This document shows positions 48,247-57,841 of a stretch of 64,000 nt of DNA, piece after piece. Each line of letters begins with the position of its first letter. The first letter of the stretch is position 1. Below the pieces are notes generated by a model, which saw nothing but the letters and a program-made list of their open reading frames with translations, did no database searches and was not told the origin of the DNA. The position numbers and the translations under genes are program-made. Origin of the DNA: Vulcanimicrobiota bacterium (lineage in GTDB: Bacteria > Vulcanimicrobiota > Xenobia > Xenobiales > JADMJV01); the NCBI GenBank assembly GCA_050250895.1, contig JBFWNU010000007.1, forward strand, positions 160,001-224,000, in the 5' to 3' direction.

Positions 48247-49209
48247 ATGCAAGAGTTCTCAGATGCCCTGGCCCGCCGTTGCCAGTTGGTGGCCAGGCTA
48301 AACGCCGAAGGCACCGATTGTTTTCGCCTGTTTCACGGCCGGACCGAAGGTTGGCCTGGTCTCACCATCGACAGCTATGGACCGCTGATTCTGGTTCAAA
48401 GCTCGGGCCAGCCCCTCGAAGCGGGGCCGCTGGCTGAGATCCGGAGCCATTTCGAGGGGCGACCGCTGGTGTATCGCCACCGCCATCGGGGCCGGTCTCA
48501 TGAACTCTTTCATAGTCCGGAGGCCCATCGTGAGTTCACCGTGCGGGAACAGGGTCTTCGCTACCTGGTGCGGGGGCAGATGGCGGGCCTTGACCCCGAT
48601 CTCTTTTTGGACCTGCGCGCCATTCGTCGCGTGATGCGCGAGCGGGCGCGAGGACGGACCGTCCTCAACCTTTTCGCCTATACCTGTGGCCTGGGCCTGG
48701 TGGCGACCGCTGGCGGCGCACGCAGTTGCTGGAACGTCGACTTTTCAGGCTCAGCTCTCGAGTTAGGAGCTCGTAACTTCGCCCTCAACGACCTCACCGG
48801 CGAGTTCATCCAAGAGGATTGCTTTCCCGTGTTGTGGCAGCTCGCCGGCCAGCCGGTCAAGGGCAAGGCGGCTCGACGCCGCCCTTTTCGAAAGCTCGAG
48901 CCACGCCATTTTGACGTGGTGATGCTCGACCCTCCGCGCCGGGCGGTGGGCCCCTTCGGGGCCGTCGACCTGATTCGTGACTATCAGTCCCTGTTCAAGC
49001 CCTGCCTGAGAATCTGTTCTCCGGGTGGGGTTATCCTGGCGACCAACAACGTGGCCGCGGTCGACCGCGAGGAGTTCTCGCAAATGCTGAGCCGCTGTGC
49101 CCGCAAGGCCGGTCGGCCGCTTTCCAGTCTGGAGTGGATCCCTCCCGATGAAGACTTTCCCAGTCCCGACGGGCACCATCCCCTGAAAGCGGTGCTCTGC
49201 ACCTTCTAG
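48247..49209 (+). CDS. Class I SAM-dependent methyltransferase (RlmI/RlmK-like)
   Basis: FRLFHG..EG.PGLTID.Y, LFLDLR, VLNLFAYTCG, NVDFS and FDVVMLDPP. Confidence 0.85.
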   Translation: MQEFSDALARRCQLVARLNAEGTDCFRLFHGRTEGWPGLTIDSYGPLILVQSSGQPLEAGPLAEIRSHFEGRPLVYRHRHRGRSHELFHSPEAHREFTVREQGLRYLVRGQMAGLDPDLFLDLRAIRRVMRERARGRTVLNLFAYTCGLGLVATAGGARSCWNVDFSGSALELGARNFALNDLTGEFIQEDCFPVLWQLAGQPVKGKAARRRPFRKLEPRHFDVVMLDPPRRAVGPFGAVDLIRDYQSLFKPCLRICSPGGVILATNNVAAVDREEFSQMLSRCARKAGRPLSSLEWIPPDEDFPSPDGHHPLKAVLCTF

Positions 49210-49299
49210 AAAGAGAACAAATGTTCTTTCAGGCACGAGGGAGTGAAACGACCCCATGGAAATGATGATAGGTCCAAGTTTCTTTCTGGAGTCAGATCC

Positions 49300-49503
49300 A
49301 TGCCGTCCCCCGAGGAGTTTGAGAGCGCCCGCCGTCGTATCCGTGCCCGCAGCTGGTTGAGGCGGGCCAGGATGGTCCAGGCCAGCGGTGAGTGGTGTCC
49401 CCGCGAGGCCCAGTTGTTGGCCGAAGACTCGCCCGAACTGGCCGAGAACGATTTGCTAATCTATCAGGCCTGGCACGATCAGCAAGGCTTGAGCTTCTAC
49501 TAG
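49300..49503 (+). CDS. Small hypothetical protein
   Basis: GGAG before ATG 49300; the ORF could extend to GTG 49243. Confidence 0.45.
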   Translation: MPSPEEFESARRRIRARSWLRRARMVQASGEWCPREAQLLAEDSPELAENDLLIYQAWHDQQGLSFY

Positions 49504-49536
49504 GGTAAAGTCGATTCGGCCAGAAAGATAGGGTCG

Positions 49537-50466
49537 ATGAGGCTCTCACCCCTGATCATGGACGCCCGTGCGATCCTCCGTCGCCTGACCAAAGAGGGAG
49601 CCATTCTCGTTTTGGTCAAAGAGCGACTCGACGGCGAGATGATCATGCGGGCAGCCAAGGGTCCGGCCGTCGATCTCGAGCCCGGCTCTGCCACTCGGCT
49701 CGTGCTTTCTCGTTGCGAGCAAGAGGCTCAGTCGGTGCTGGTGCTCGATTCGCGGCAAGAACCGAGCTTTGCAGAACTCGAATGCCGCTTTCGCTCCGCT
49801 TTGTGTGTGCCGATTCCTAATCCCGAGGGAGACGTCGTCGGAATCCTCTACGCCGACGACACGGGAGCCGGCATCTTCTCGTATCAAGACCGCTCGAATC
49901 TCGAGGACTACGCCGCCGACATGGGACAGCGCCTGGTGGAAGTGGACTGGGACGAAAAACCTCCGGCCCCCATCCAGCCTCCGGTTCCGGCAGTGGCGCG
50001 CGAGCCTCTGCCGCGTCCCTTGCGGATAGCGGCGTGGCTGTTCGCGGTCGCCTGCCTCTGGATAGTGCTGGCGGGTGCCTGGTTTGGCTTGCGCGGCGAG
50101 AAGGTCGAGTCTAACAACACGCGGCCCCCTGTATCGGCCGAAACCGAAGCGATGACCGTGGCCCGGGGGGTCTTGAGCCTGCTCCAGACCAACGATTTTC
50201 AAGTCTTGCGCCAGCGTTTGACCGATTCGGCCCGTTCACGGACCTCGGCCAGCGACTACACCGCCCGCCTGAAAAAATGGGCCTCGAAACCAGAACGCCG
50301 CGACGACTTGCAGCGACGCGAGTTGCTGCCCAAAGAAAACGGACCAACGACCTGTAAGGTGTTGGTCCGTTCCGATGGTAAGGACGATTGGATCTGGGTT
50401 TTTACCTATAACGGTTTGGCCTGGGAACTCGAGCGGACCGAGGGCGGCCCGCCCCTGACCAACTAG
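49537..50466 (+). CDS. GAF-domain membrane protein
   Basis: RSALCVPI..VVGILYAD..FS..D GAF core, one TM helix and an extracytoplasmic C-terminus. Confidence 0.7.
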   Translation: MRLSPLIMDARAILRRLTKEGAILVLVKERLDGEMIMRAAKGPAVDLEPGSATRLVLSRCEQEAQSVLVLDSRQEPSFAELECRFRSALCVPIPNPEGDVVGILYADDTGAGIFSYQDRSNLEDYAADMGQRLVEVDWDEKPPAPIQPPVPAVAREPLPRPLRIAAWLFAVACLWIVLAGAWFGLRGEKVESNNTRPPVSAETEAMTVARGVLSLLQTNDFQVLRQRLTDSARSRTSASDYTARLKKWASKPERRDDLQRRELLPKENGPTTCKVLVRSDGKDDWIWVFTYNGLAWELERTEGGPPLTN

Positions 50467-52385
50467 GCGTGATCCCAGAGCTTTTCGTTGGTGTAGTGGC
50501 GGGCCGTGGCCGCGCCCCACTGCTCGATGCTCGGCATGTTGGGCGTCTGGCCCAGTTCGATTCCGTCGCGAACCTGCTTGTATTCGCTGTAGATGCTGTA
50601 GACATCGCGAATCCAGGGGCTCAGGAAGGTCAACATACCGGCCGTGGCCGCGAAAGGCTTGAGTTCGGGCACGATGTAGCCGAGGTTGGCCACCGCTTTG
50701 GTGCCGGCGCGGGCCAGGTCGAATCCACTGTTGACCACGGCGTCGCTGTCGTGCAGCACGGTGGCGGCGTGATACATCGCCTGTCCGGCCTGGATGGCGT
50801 CGTATCCCGAGCCGGCCACACCCGCATAGACGGCAGCCGTGGGACCGAGGAACAGGAAGCCTGACGGCTCGGCGCCGCGCCAGGCGTTGACGGCATTGAG
50901 CCAGCCGGCGAACGAGGCGAAACCGAGGGCGCCGGTGACTTTGCCTTTGTGCTGGTTGACGTTGGCGTGAATCTTGTCGAGGCTGCCTTCGCTCAGGCCG
51001 ACCTTCTTGAGGGCGTTGTTCGACCAGCTGTCCTTACCAGCCCTGGCCAGGACCTCGTCCCAGGTCGTATCTTTGGCGAAGGTCGTCTTGTCGTAGCCAG
51101 CCTGGTGGTCAAAATCATCGATGCTGGTGCCTTCCGGGCGGAAGAAGCCGTAGTGAGTCGGGGCGAACACCGACATCCCGTTGGCCTCGGCCACATACTT
51201 GCCGCTGGCGGCGTCGCCCACCAGGGCGCCATCGATGGCATCCATGGCCGTTTGGGCGGCAGTTTTTACGGCTTGATCGGTGATCTCTTCATCCTTTAGC
51301 ACCAGCTTGGCGAAGTGGATCGCGTCACGCGAGTTCTGGTAGGCCTGATTGACGGAGGTGCCCTGGAAGTCCTGGGTCTGGTCGAGCAGGTCGTTGAGCT
51401 TGCCCGAGTCGATGTTGGCGTTGAGTAGCGCGCGGCCGAGGCCGTCCCAAGCATCCTTCACGGTGCCCATCTTGTCGAGGTCGATGGCCGAGATGGTGGA
51501 AGAACCGGCGCCGATCGCGCCACCCATCGAGTTCATGAGGGTCCAGTAACGCACCATGGTGAGGGCGTCCTGGCCTTCTTCCTCGTTGGCGTTCTTGAGC
51601 TCGTTGGCCACCTGGGCGATGGGCATGCCGGCCCCCGCCTGAATGCCCTGAGAGCCGACCAGGTATTTGACCTTGTCTTTGAGTTCGTAAGCGATCTCCA
51701 TGGTGTTGGTGGCCGAGCCGTTGAGGGTCAGCACGTCGATCTTCTTGCCGGTCTCGGCCTGGGCGTTGGCAAAAGCCTTACCCAGGTCTTCGACACTCAT
51801 CTTCGAGTCGTGGAGCATGTCGTCCATCATTCCCGAGATGCCCTCGGAGGGACCCATCATCACCACCATGTAGTGCTTGGCGGGATAGTTCTTGACGCCC
51901 CACTTGAGGAATTCTTCCAGCGAGTCGGCCGAACCCATATCCACATCGCCCATGTCTTGCAGCACGGGAGACTCGATCTTCTTGGTGCCGCCCGGCATCC
52001 AGCCGGTCAGCACGTCGCCGATGATGACGCCCGGGGTCAGCTTCTTGCCGTTGTGCTCGATCTTGTAGCGGCGAACGCCGCTCCAGTCCTTGGACCACTT
52101 GTCGAACATCCCCTTGGGCCGGGCCACCTGGGCCACGAAGTCCATTTTGTCGTCGGAGCCGACATACTCGAGCTGGCGCATGTTCGACATGGCCGTGCCG
52201 CTGAGCATGTTGTTGCCGTTGAGATAGAGCAGAACCGTCCACTCCTTCTCTTCGCCATTCTGCTGCCCGATACTGGCCTGATCGGCCGGAGCGGCCGCAG
52301 CCTGCTCGGCTTCGGCCTTTCCTTCGGCGGCAACCCGGGTGGGTGCGCTGGCTACGTTGTTGGCAACAAGACTCTGGATTCTCAT
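50463..52385 (-). CDS. Clostripain (peptidase C11)-like protein, catalytic dyad apparently lost
   Basis: WTVLLYL.G.N.L, VDMGS..SLEEFLKWG..NYPAKHY, EIAYEL and T.SAIDL. The His and Cys sites read MMGPSEG and LNGSAT. Confidence 0.8.
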   Translation of the reverse strand: MRIQSLVANNVASAPTRVAAEGKAEAEQAAAAPADQASIGQQNGEEKEWTVLLYLNGNNMLSGTAMSNMRQLEYVGSDDKMDFVAQVARPKGMFDKWSKDWSGVRRYKIEHNGKKLTPGVIIGDVLTGWMPGGTKKIESPVLQDMGDVDMGSADSLEEFLKWGVKNYPAKHYMVVMMGPSEGISGMMDDMLHDSKMSVEDLGKAFANAQAETGKKIDVLTLNGSATNTMEIAYELKDKVKYLVGSQGIQAGAGMPIAQVANELKNANEEEGQDALTMVRYWTLMNSMGGAIGAGSSTISAIDLDKMGTVKDAWDGLGRALLNANIDSGKLNDLLDQTQDFQGTSVNQAYQNSRDAIHFAKLVLKDEEITDQAVKTAAQTAMDAIDGALVGDAASGKYVAEANGMSVFAPTHYGFFRPEGTSIDDFDHQAGYDKTTFAKDTTWDEVLARAGKDSWSNNALKKVGLSEGSLDKIHANVNQHKGKVTGALGFASFAGWLNAVNAWRGAEPSGFLFLGPTAAVYAGVAGSGYDAIQAGQAMYHAATVLHDSDAVVNSGFDLARAGTKAVANLGYIVPELKPFAATAGMLTFLSPWIRDVYSIYSEYKQVRDGIELGQTPNMPSIEQWGAATARHYTNEKLWDHA

Positions 52386-52581
52386 ATCCGGCCTCCTACA
52401 AAGACTGGAGTCATCATAGGAATGGCCCCTCCAGGCGTGGTTGCCGAGATGTTAACGGCTGCCAATCAGCGCTGACTGGCGCTCTGGTGGTTTGTTAACA
52501 TGCTCGTAGCCACTCGCTCGTACCCTCCCGTGCTAGTTTTTGACCGTGCCCAGGCACGACACACTTGGAGGGATGCAACCC

Positions 52582-53745
52582 ATGACCGTCAACAGTATCG
52601 CCCAGTTCGCTCCTAGAGCCTACACCGCGGCCAGCCGACCTCAAACCGAGGCCGCCCCGACCGCCGCGCTTCCTCAAGAGAAGTATGAAGTAGTGGCTCA
52701 GAGCGTTTCACTGGTGACCCCCATGGAACTCACCGACATGGCCTTCAAACTTCCCAGCCCGGCCACGCGCATCGACGCCGTCAAGGAAGTGCTGACCGTG
52801 CAGGACGCCTGGGATATGGGTATCACTGGCAAGGGCGTGGGCGTGGCCGTCATCGACACCGGCGTCTATCCGCACCCTGACCTGGGCGACCGCCTGGTTG
52901 CTTTCAAGGACTATGTCAATGGGCGCGACGGCGTCGAGAACGCCTATGACGACAACGGCCACGGCAGCCACTGCGCCGGGCTCGTTGGCGGCGACGGCAG
53001 CAAAGCCAACGGCCGCTTCAAAGGCCCGGCGTTCGAATCCGACATCATCGGCATCAAGGTGCTCGACGGGGTGGGCGGCGGCCAGATGTCCAACGTCGTC
53101 AAAGGCATCCAGTGGGCCATCAAGCACAAGGACGAATACAACATTCGCGTCATGAGTCTTTCACTGGGCGCCGGTTCGAACCTCAAGGAAGACGATGACA
53201 TCGTGGCCCAGGCCATCGAGGCCGCCCTGGCCGCCGACATCGTCCCCGTGGTAGCGGCCGGCAACTCGGGTCCGTCGAAGTTCACCATCGGCACGCCGGG
53301 CATCTCCTCGGCGGCCCTCACCGTGGGCGCTTACGACGACAAGAACACGGCCGACCACGCCGACGACACGATGGCCTTCTTCTCGAGCCGAGGACCGACC
53401 ACCCGCGACAAGAACGTCAAGCCCGACATCGCCGCCCCCGGCGTGCAAATGGTCTCGCACCGCTCCCCCGGTTCGTCCATCGACCACGCCAACGTGACCA
53501 AGTTGGGCGCTTACTACGTGCTGCTTTCGGGCACCTCGATGGCCACTCCGGTCACGGCCGGCGTGGTGGCTCAGGTTCGTCAGGCCAACCCTGACCTCAC
53601 TGCGCGCCAGGTGATGGATCTCCTCAAAGAGACCGCCGACCCGATGGCCGACACCAAGGCCATCCTGGCCGGTCACGGCCTGGTCGACCCCGCCGCCGCG
53701 GTGCGCAAAGCTCTGGCTCTCAAAGAGCAAAAGCCCGCCGCCTAG
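52582..53745 (+). CDS. Subtilisin-family (S8) serine protease, AprX-like
   Basis: Catalytic triad motifs VAVIDTG, GHGSHCAG and SGTSMATP; oxyanion motif AAGNSG; SD GGAGG. Confidence 0.95.
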   Translation: MTVNSIAQFAPRAYTAASRPQTEAAPTAALPQEKYEVVAQSVSLVTPMELTDMAFKLPSPATRIDAVKEVLTVQDAWDMGITGKGVGVAVIDTGVYPHPDLGDRLVAFKDYVNGRDGVENAYDDNGHGSHCAGLVGGDGSKANGRFKGPAFESDIIGIKVLDGVGGGQMSNVVKGIQWAIKHKDEYNIRVMSLSLGAGSNLKEDDDIVAQAIEAALAADIVPVVAAGNSGPSKFTIGTPGISSAALTVGAYDDKNTADHADDTMAFFSSRGPTTRDKNVKPDIAAPGVQMVSHRSPGSSIDHANVTKLGAYYVLLSGTSMATPVTAGVVAQVRQANPDLTARQVMDLLKETADPMADTKAILAGHGLVDPAAAVRKALALKEQKPAA

Positions 53746-53940
53746 AGGGCGCCGGATTTCACGAGGGAGACCACGAGTGATCGTGGTCTCTTTGCTTTGC
53801 GTCTGGCTTGGGGGCGCTCGAGGTGTTCAACGCCGAGGCGCCGAGACGCAGAGGGGAGCGCGTTCTTGCGATGTTAGGGTTAGGTTCGTGGGACTCGGGC
53901 AGGCCCTGGGCAAGCCAGCTTTTTGCCGGCGGCGGCGAGT

Positions 53941-54027
53941 TGTGCGCCGCACAGTGACGATTTGGGAGTGGACGGCGCAAGTGTGCGCCGCACAGTGGGC
54001 CTGGTGGTGTGTGCGGCGCACACTGGG
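53941..54027. repeat. Three copies of the palindrome TGTGCG(C/G)CGCACA
   Basis: Copies start at 53941, 53982 and 54010. Confidence 0.7.
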
Positions 54028-54060
54028 CTGACCCGGCCACGTCGAAACGCCGGTCCTTTC

Positions 54061-54773
54061 CAGGCAAGCCCGCGGTACGGCGCCATCAGGTGCCGAATTC
54101 GGCGCTACCAGGTGCCGTACTCCGCCAGGCCCGGCCAAGCCCGCGGTACGGCGCTACCAGGTGCCGTACTCGGCCCTACCACGTGCCATACTCCGCCCGG
54201 CCCGGCCAAGCCCACGGTACGGCGCCACCTGGTGCCGAATTCGGCGCTACCACGTGCCGTACTCCGCCAGGCTGGCCAAGCTCCCGGTACGGCGCCACCT
54301 GGTGCCGAATTCCGCCCGGCCCGCCAAGCTCCCGGTACGGCGCCACCTGGTGCCGAATTCCGCCCGGCCCGCCAAGCTCCCGGTACGGCGCCACTTGGTG
54401 CCGAATTCCGCCTGGCCCGGCCAAGCCCACGGTACGGCGCCACCTGGTGCCGAATTCGGGGCTACCACGTGCCGTACTCCGCCCGGCCCGGCCAAGCTCC
54501 CGGTACGGCGCCACCTGATGCCGAATTCGGCGCTACCAGGTGCCGTACTCCGCCTGGGCCGGCCAAGCTCCCGGTACGGCGCCACCTGTGCCGAATTCGG
54601 CGCTACCAGGTGCCGAATTCCGCCAGGCTGGCCAAGCTCCCGGTACGGCGCCACCTGGTGCCGAATTCGGCGCTACCAGGTGCCGAATTCCGCCCGGCCC
54701 GCCAGGCTCCCGGTACGGCGCCACCTGGTGCCGAATTCGGCGCCACCTGGTGCCGTACTCCGCCTGGCCCGCC
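54061..54773. repeat. Modular palindromic tandem repeat array (11 units; REP/BIME-like)
   Basis: Each unit is CGGTACGGCGCCACCTGGTGCCGAATTC, an optional 22-bp second hairpin GGCGCTACCAGGTGCCGTACTC, and a ~20 bp linker CGCCNGGCCCGGCCAAGCTCC. Confidence 0.9.
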
Positions 54774-54824
54774 CCCGTTCGCAGTCGGCGCCGAACAGCC
54801 AGGCACTCCCCACGCCCAGGCTCT

Positions 54825-55730
54825 TCAGCGATCAGCGGCTTCCCCATGCGGCGCCCACCCAGCCGGGGCCACCTCGATGGGATCGCCGGCCTCACGCTCG
54901 CTGCCGGCCCCCAGGACCGACAGGGCCACCAGGGCCAGCCCGACGACCTGGCCGTTGGCCAATCGTTCGCCCAAGAAAAGATACGCGCCGATGGAGGTGG
55001 TGGCTACCGTGGCCAGGTTGAGCACGCTGCCGCGGGCGGCGGTGTTGAGTTTGTAGCCCTCGGTCATCAGGATCTGGGCGATGCAGCCAAAGAGGCCGGC
55101 CAGGGCCAGTAACGGCCAGGCCGCATCAGGGATGCTGGCCAGGCCCCAGGGGGCCGAGCCCAGCGTGGTGACCAGCGAGAACGAGAAGACGATGACGGAG
55201 GTCGAGACCTGACCGCTCAGTCCTCGCACGGCCACATAAGCTGCTCCCGCGCAGAGACCGGCCAACAAACCGGCCACCACGCCGAGCGGGTCAAGAGCTA
55301 CGGGAGCCACGCCGCTGACCAATCCGACTCCGGCGAACCCGCACACAAACGAAGCGAAAAGGCGCCAGCTTCCACCTTCGCCGAGAAAGAGCCAGGCCAG
55401 CAGAGCCGCCCAGATAGGGGAGGTATAGGTCAAGATCACGGCCACGGACAGATCCACCCGGTCGATGGCCAGGAAGTAGAGCACCATAGCCGACCCTCCC
55501 AGCAATCCGCGCAGACCCAGCGTGGTCAGGCGGGGTCGAATGCTGGGCCAATCGCGGCGCAACTCGGGCACCACCCAGGGCAACAGGGCCAGGGCCGGAA
55601 TCAAGCTGCGCCAGAAGACCACCTGACCCAGTTGCACTCCTGGCATTCCCGAGGCTCGCTTGATGAAAAGGGCCATCGTCCCGAAGAAGAACGACGACCA
55701 CAGCAGGGCTGCGCTGGGGTGTGTCAGCAA
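54825..55730 (-). CDS. DMT/EamA family transporter
   Basis: About 10 TM helices, QVVFWRS, YTSPIW..LLAWLFLGE and FLGERL. The start is uncertain (TTG 55730). Confidence 0.85.
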   Translation of the reverse strand: MLTHPSAALLWSSFFFGTMALFIKRASGMPGVQLGQVVFWRSLIPALALLPWVVPELRRDWPSIRPRLTTLGLRGLLGGSAMVLYFLAIDRVDLSVAVILTYTSPIWAALLAWLFLGEGGSWRLFASFVCGFAGVGLVSGVAPVALDPLGVVAGLLAGLCAGAAYVAVRGLSGQVSTSVIVFSFSLVTTLGSAPWGLASIPDAAWPLLALAGLFGCIAQILMTEGYKLNTAARGSVLNLATVATTSIGAYLFLGERLANGQVVGLALVALSVLGAGSEREAGDPIEVAPAGWAPHGEAADR

Positions 55731-55792
55731 AGGACTTTTCTTTAGTGGGGGGAACTGCACAGCAACTTTTTTATCCAGACAAGGCACTCTCG

Positions 55793-57841
55793 ATGCGGCT
55801 ATTACTTGCTCTCTTCATTTTCGGCGTGGCAGCTTTCTTCTTCTTGAAGAAGGCCCATAAGCTCTACCAATACCTGAAGGCGGCCAAACCCGAGGATCGA
55901 TTCGACAATCCGGGTGAGCGACTCAAGGATGTGCTGGTCTATGCCATCGGTCAAAAGCGACTGCTCAATCGCAAATACGGCGGCCTCTTGCACGTGATGA
56001 TCTTCTGGGGATTCTGCGTTCTCTCCATTGCCAATTTTACCCTGATCGTTCGCGGCTTTGCCGGGCCGGATTTCAATCTGCCCCTGCTGGGCGTCCATGA
56101 GCCGCTGGGTGGCATCTATAACTTCATCAAAGAGATTTTCATCTGTCTGGTGATTTTGGGCGTGTGCATGGCCTTCTTTCGCCGTTTGTTGCTGCAGCCG
56201 GCTTTCCCCGAGCCGTCCATGGACGCCCTGTTCATCCTGTCGATGATCTTTAGTCTGATGGTGGTCGAACTCGTCTGGGGTGGCTGCGAGGTGGCCAAGA
56301 TCCTGGCCGAGAACGTCGGAACCGAAAGCACCATGCGGTACGCGCCGGTGACGACTTTCCTGGGGGCCAGTCTGTACAACGGCCTGGGGCCGGGCAATCC
56401 GCGTCTGGACGGGCTGCAAGAGGTGGCCTGGTGGATCAACTACGCCCTGGTGTTGGGCTTTGGCGCGTATCTGCCTTACTCAAAGCATCTTCACGTCATC
56501 ACTGGCATTCCCAACGTCTACTTCCAGAAGAAGCGTCCTTACGGCGAGCTGCGCAAGCTCGACTTCTCGGACGAGGCGGCCGAGGACTACGGCGCCTCGA
56601 CCCTCAAGGACTTCACCTGGAAGAACTTCTTCGACTGGTATTCGTGCACGGAATGCGGCCGCTGTACCTCGGTCTGTCCGGCCTATGCCAGCGGTAAGCC
56701 GCTGCATCCCAAGAAAATCTCTGAAATGCTGCGGGAAGAACTGGTCGACCATGGGGGCGGTAACCTCTTGGTCAAGTTGGCTGAAAAGACGGCCAGCGAG
56801 AACGGTCAGGCCGAGGGTGAGGAGCCCGAGTTTCGGCACCTGCAAGATAACCTGTCAGCAGTGTCTGAAGAGGCGCTCTTTGCCTGCACCACCTGTCGCG
56901 CCTGCGAGGATGCCTGTCCGGTTTTCATCGAGTATGTCCAAGAGATCGTCGACATGCGACGCTATCTGGTGCAGGCCGAGAATCGGTTTCCTGAAGAGGT
57001 GGCCCGCGCTTTCAAGAACATGGAGAACAACTCCAACCCCTGGGGGATCGGCTTTGCCACCCGAGCCGACTGGGCTCAAGAGTTGGGCGTCAAGGTCATG
57101 GCCGAAGATCCGGGCCCGATCGATGTCCTCTATTGGGTAGGGTGTGCCGGCTCCTTTGACGAGCGCAACAAGAAGGTGTCCGAGGCGATGGTCAAGATCA
57201 TGACCGCCGCCGGGGTCAAGTTCGCCATCCTGGGCCAGGAGGAGGGTTGCACCGGCGACCCGGCTCGCCGGATCGGTAACGAGTATCTCTATCAGATGTT
57301 GGCCGAGCAGAACGTGACCGCCATGAACGGCTACGGTGTCAAAAAGGTGGTGACCACCTGTCCCCATTGCTTCAACACCATCAAGAACGAGTACCCGCAG
57401 TTCGGGGGCGATTATGAGGTGCTTCACCATTCGGAGTTCATCGCTCAGTTACTCACCAAAGGCACCATCAAGGTCAAGAAGCAGGATAGTCTTGACGTTA
57501 CCTACCACGATTCTTGCTATCTCGGGCGCTACAACGAGATCTACGACGAGCCTCGCAAGGCCCTCGAAGCGGTTGGTTTCAAGCTGCAAGAGATGGAACT
57601 CTCGCGCAACCGCGGCCGTTGCTGCGGAGCGGGCGGCGGTCGCATGTGGATGGAAGAGCACGGGACCAAAGTCAACGACATGCGCCTGGATGACGCTCTG
57701 ACCGTCAATCCCAAGATGATCGCCTCGGCGTGTCCGTTCTGTTTGACCATGCTCAGCGATGCCGTCAGCAGCAAGGACATGACCGACCAGTTGGAGACCC
57801 GCGACATCGCCGAAGTTGTGGCCGACGCCCTGGTTTCTTGA
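55793..57841 (+). CDS. Membrane-bound Fe-S oxidoreductase (FadF/HdrD-like: TM domain, two [4Fe-4S] motifs, two CCG domains)
   Basis: YSKHLH, CTECGRCTSVCPA, CTTCRACEDACP, YWVGC, CTGD, TTCPHC, YHDSCYLGR, CCGAGGG and SACPFC. Confidence 0.9.
   Translation: MRLLLALFIFGVAAFFFLKKAHKLYQYLKAAKPEDRFDNPGERLKDVLVYAIGQKRLLNRKYGGLLHVMIFWGFCVLSIANFTLIVRGFAGPDFNLPLLGVHEPLGGIYNFIKEIFICLVILGVCMAFFRRLLLQPAFPEPSMDALFILSMIFSLMVVELVWGGCEVAKILAENVGTESTMRYAPVTTFLGASLYNGLGPGNPRLDGLQEVAWWINYALVLGFGAYLPYSKHLHVITGIPNVYFQKKRPYGELRKLDFSDEAAEDYGASTLKDFTWKNFFDWYSCTECGRCTSVCPAYASGKPLHPKKISEMLREELVDHGGGNLLVKLAEKTASENGQAEGEEPEFRHLQDNLSAVSEEALFACTTCRACEDACPVFIEYVQEIVDMRRYLVQAENRFPEEVARAFKNMENNSNPWGIGFATRADWAQELGVKVMAEDPGPIDVLYWVGCAGSFDERNKKVSEAMVKIMTAAGVKFAILGQEEGCTGDPARRIGNEYLYQMLAEQNVTAMNGYGVKKVVTTCPHCFNTIKNEYPQFGGDYEVLHHSEFIAQLLTKGTIKVKKQDSLDVTYHDSCYLGRYNEIYDEPRKALEAVGFKLQEMELSRNRGRCCGAGGGRMWMEEHGTKVNDMRLDDALTVNPKMIASACPFCLTMLSDAVSSKDMTDQLETRDIAEVVADALVS

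Noticed and set aside
54061-54773. CRISPR array
   Set aside because: The intervening sequences are variants of one linker rather than unique spacers, the period is irregular, and no cas genes are in the window.
53923-55112. Long ORFs across the repeat array in all frames
   Set aside because: The stop-poor GC-rich repeat produces them, and the units are mostly not multiples of three, so frames interchange.
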